From NCBI GenBank assembly GCA_965235115.1, contig OZ249449.1:6324001-6388000 (forward strand): a DNA stretch of 64,000 bases, in the 5' to 3' direction. Each line of letters opens with the position of its first letter. The first letter of the stretch is position 1. The notes below the pieces were generated by a model. The model was given only the letters and a program-made list of their open reading frames with translations. It did not search any database and was not told the origin of the DNA. Below, in pieces: positions 60,557-64,000 of the stretch. A program made the translations under genes and the position numbers. The stretch comes from Laetmonice hystrix. Lineage: Eukaryota.

Positions 60557-62223
60557 TTCCACACATAGAGCTCGCGTCAGCACCCAGAGACCGGTCATTA
60601 GGAGTTCCACACATAGAGCTCGCGTCAGCACCCAGAGACCGGTCATTAGGAGTTTCACAGATAGAGCTCGCGTCAGCACCCAGAGACCGGTCATTAGGAG
60701 TTCCACAGATAGAGCTGGCGTCAGCACCAGAGACCAGTCGTTAGAAGTTCCACAGATAGAGCTGGCGTTAGGACCCAACAGATAGAGCAGGCGTCAGCAC
60801 CCAGAGTCCGGTCATTAGGAGTTCGGTCATTAGGAGTTCCACAGATAGAGCTGGCGTCAGCACCCAACAGATAGAGCAGGCGTCAGCACCCAGAGTCCGG
60901 TCATTAGGAGTTCGGTCATTAGGAGTTCCACAGATAGAGCTGGCGTCAGCACCCAGAGTCCGGTCATTAGGAGTTCGGTCATTAGAAGTTCCACAGATAG
61001 AGCTGGCGTCAGCACCCAGAGACCGGTCATTAGGAGTTCCACAGATAGAGCTGGCGTCAGCACCCAGAGACCGGTCATTAGGAGTTCCACAGATAGAGCT
61101 GGCGTCAGCACCCAGAGACCGGTCATTAGGAGTTCCACAGATAGAGCTGGCGTTAGGACCCAGAGACCGGTCATTAGGAGTTCCACAGATAGAGCTGGCG
61201 TTAGGACCCAGAGACCGGTCATTAGGAGTTCCACAGATAGAGCTGGCGTTAGGACCCAGAGACCGGTCATTAGGAGTTCCACAGATAGAGCTGGCGTCAG
61301 CACCCAGAGACCGGTCATTAGGAGTTCCACAGATAGAGCTCGCGTTAGGACCCAGAGACCGGTCATTAGGAGTTCCACAGATAGAGCTGGCGTCAGCACC
61401 CAGAGACCGGTCATTAGAAGTTCCACAGATAGAGCTGGCGTCAGCACCCAGAGACCGGTCATTAGGAGTTCCACAGATAGAGCTGGCGTTAGGACCCAGA
61501 GACCGGTCATTAGGAGTTCGGCCATTAGGAGTTCCACAGATAGAGCTGGCGTCAGCACCCAGAGACCGGTCATTAGGAGTTCCACAGATAGAGCTGGCGT
61601 TAGGACCCAGAGACCGGTCATTAGGAGTTCCACAGATAGAGCAGGCGTCAGCACCCAGAGACCGGTCATTAGGAGTTTCACAGATAGAGCTGGCGTTAGG
61701 ACCCAGAGACCGGTCATTAGGAGTTCCACAGATAGAGCTGGCGTCAGCACCCAGAGACCGGTCATTAGGAGTTCCACAGATAGAGTTGGCGTCAGCACCC
61801 AGAGACCGGTCATTAGGAGTTCCACAGATAGAGCTGGCGTCAGCACCCAGAGACCGGTCATTAGGAGTTCCACAGATAGAGCTGGCGTCAGCACCCAGAG
61901 TCCGGTCATTAGGAGTTCCACAGATAGAGCTGGCGTCAGCACCCAACAGATAGAGCAGGCGTCAGCACCCAGAGTCCGGTCATTAGGAGTTCGGTCATTA
62001 GGAGTTCCACAGATAGAGCTGGCGTCAGCACCCAGAGTCCGGTCATTAGGAGTTCGGTCATTAGGAGTTCCACAGATAGAGTTGGCGTCCGCACCCACAG
62101 ACCGGTCATTAGGAGTTCCACAGATAGAGCTGGCGTTAGGACCCAGAGACCGGTCATTAGGAGTTCGGCCATTAGGAGTTCCACAGATAGAGCTGGCGTC
62201 AGCACCCAGAGACCGGCCATTAG
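60557..62223. repeat. Minisatellite, 48-bp unit x~35 with variant units
   Basis: Unit TTCCACAGATAGAGCTGGCGTCAGCACCCAGAGACCGGTCATTAGGAG, with 15-bp internal duplication variants and frame-shifting deletion variants. Confidence 0.98.
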
Positions 62224-63016
62224 CACCGCGAGCAGCAGCAACAGCTGGCCGGAGCCTTGGCTGACCACCTGACGAGTGATCATTGACGGCTGATGGTCAA
62301 GCTGGACCTGTAACCCTACCATGGGGTGAGAGGCGGGTGTAGGGGGTGTGGGGTGATACCCTCAGACGCTGGCCGGTGACCTCAGGGTCAGAGTCAGGTG
62401 TGGGTCTGACAGGCGGAGGGGGGTAGCAGCCAGGGAAGTCAATGAACGCCGGTAAATATTTAGGGGACCATAAGAATTCTCTGGGCCAGGTGATTGAGAT
62501 TTGCTGGGACTTCCTTCCGTATATCGGGTCCCTCATGGTAACAGTCCTACGAAATAGGAGGTAGATGTTTCAAAAGTTTTTGATTTTTTTTTTGGGGAAG
62601 GGGGGGGAATTCTGAGATAGGATTAGGTTTGGGGTTAAGGATAGTGATAGATTTTTATTTCATCCACCCCCAAATTTGGTGGTGATCCAGCAGCAGGTTG
62701 TGTGAGCGCAAATCCAGCCAGGAGATTACATGGGATAACCCACTGGTCACTTAGCTGTCAATCACTGGGGTACCCAAGATCTCAGCAGGGGGCCGATCGC
62801 CACTGGAGCGGAAACCCTAATGATAGCTAATGATGGACATGCAGGCATCAGATTGGTTTCGAACGATGTGTACTTCATCAAGACGATAGGCAGGAAGGAT
62901 TGTTTGGCTTTGGATGTGTGTAAGGGATAACCGATGATGTCTAATGAGCGGGTGTCAACCCAACAATCTAGGGGTGGATTTAGATTTTATAAATGGGGGT
63001 TTCAGGGTAATATGGA

Positions 63017-63082
63017 GGCGGTCAGTTTTATTGGTGGGAGAAACCGGAGTACCCGAAAAAACACTGCAGCAAGTGAGTAAAC
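63017..63082 (-). mobile_element. SINE central-domain fragment (V/Meta-type)
   Basis: GGCGGTCAGTTTTATTGGTGGGAGAAACCGGAGTACCCGAAAAAAC resembles the reverse complement of the GGTTTTCTCCGGGTACTCCGGTTTCCTCCACCAATAAAACTGACCGCC segment I recall from mollusc-type SINEs. Confidence 0.7.
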
Positions 63083-63423
63083 GAGGCTGATTCCTAAGCT
63101 GGCTGATAAAACCGTAGACGGTGGTCGACCTAAAATTGTCAAATCCACAAATTGCCATCTCCCACGCCGCTCCATGTCCAGGCCCCCATCATTGTTACCC
63201 CTATCGGATTCAGTGTCGGGTCGATTAAAGAGTGAACTCTAGCAATCTGATCCGCCATGTTCAGCAACATGCAGTGTAAACTGTAACTGTGGAGTGGTCA
63301 ATTTACTTCCTGTAGCGCCCTCTATCGGGGTTATCGTGGGAAGTGTTCAGAGCCAGGAGATTGGGAGAAATGAGGTCACGTGACCAGCTGTACTGTACAG
63401 GGTTTTGACGGTGACCAGGGACA

Positions 63424-63617
63424 GGGCACCGTTCATAAAACCTTAAGATCTTGCTGAAGTATAAGATGAACGCTTCTGATTGGCTGATCTGCTTAGACCA
63501 GCCAATCAGAATCGTTTAAAACTTGATCTTAGGTTTATAGGAAGTTATAGGAACTTGGCGCTGTTTTTTTTCAAACTTAAGTTCTTGCTCAAGATTGAGC
63601 TTAACGTTTCTGATTGG
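63424..63617. mobile_element. Palindromic CCAAT-hairpin MITE copy plus the adjacent left half of another copy
   Basis: GGGCACCGTTCATAAAACCTTAAGATCTTGCT ... GCTTCTGATTGGCTGATCT / AGACCAGCCAATCAGAA ... GATCTTAGGTTTATAGG (63424-63561). From ~63557, AAACTTAAGTTCTTGCTCAAGATTGAGCTTAACGTTTCTGATTGG repeats the left arm. Confidence 0.7.
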
Positions 63618-64000
63618 TGGAGGGGGGCACCACCAGTACGGACCAAGTGGCTGAAGTGACGTCATGAAAGGGCCTCATTTTCTTCATCTTAACCTTCATT
63701 ACCACTCCTTTGCTGAGGCTTTGGTTTTGAGGCCACATTTTTACTGCCATGATTATTGACCTCAAGGGCACGATTAGTGACCCCAAGGTCACTGTGAACT
63801 TTGTAGACAGTTGGGAATTCCTCAATATTCTTAAAAGTACAAATGTGCTCATATTTATGAAAAAATAGATTTTTAACTTGCACTTTTGTATACTTTTTTA
63901 ACAAATTTTAACAAATTTTAACAAATCAGCTCTATCATTTCCCTGAGTATAGGTACTCTTTCAGTTTCAAGTGGTTACCACTGCCCGATCAGTGGCCTGC

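Noticed and set aside
60768-62098. 392-aa and 413-aa minus-strand ORFs as protein-coding genes
   Set aside because: They are translations of a 48-bp tandem unit. Two frames are open at once and variant units switch between them, so frame is not conserved.

Overview
Repeat-rich, gene-poor eukaryotic (animal, probably invertebrate) genomic DNA with two assembly gaps (22806-22959, 43986-44368). There are no prokaryotic features and no complete gene can be read. Best-supported elements: (1) an 873-bp Kolobok-type DNA transposon derivative at 411-1283 with 17-bp TIRs, TTAA target duplication and a decayed THAP domain facing an acidic second-ORF remnant; (2) about a dozen minisatellites, including a 5.1-kb 25-bp array with a telomere-like core and higher-order block duplications, whose core is shared with a neighbouring 40-bp array and with a solo monomer 22 kb away; (3) a 32-bp array present in inverted orientation at 52.7 and 57.1 kb, bracketing a probable mariner transposase fossil; (4) a palindromic CCAAT-bearing MITE family, another MITE and two SINE central-domain fragments; (5) a likely first coding exon with a signal peptide at 47.7 kb behind a CpG-rich region, plus a few weaker exon candidates; (6) clusters of RFX X-box, CRE/E-box and CTCF-like motifs. 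All long ORFs in the supplied track are tandem-repeat or N-gap artefacts. I did not find evidence strong enough to claim a new biological system; the findings are leads.
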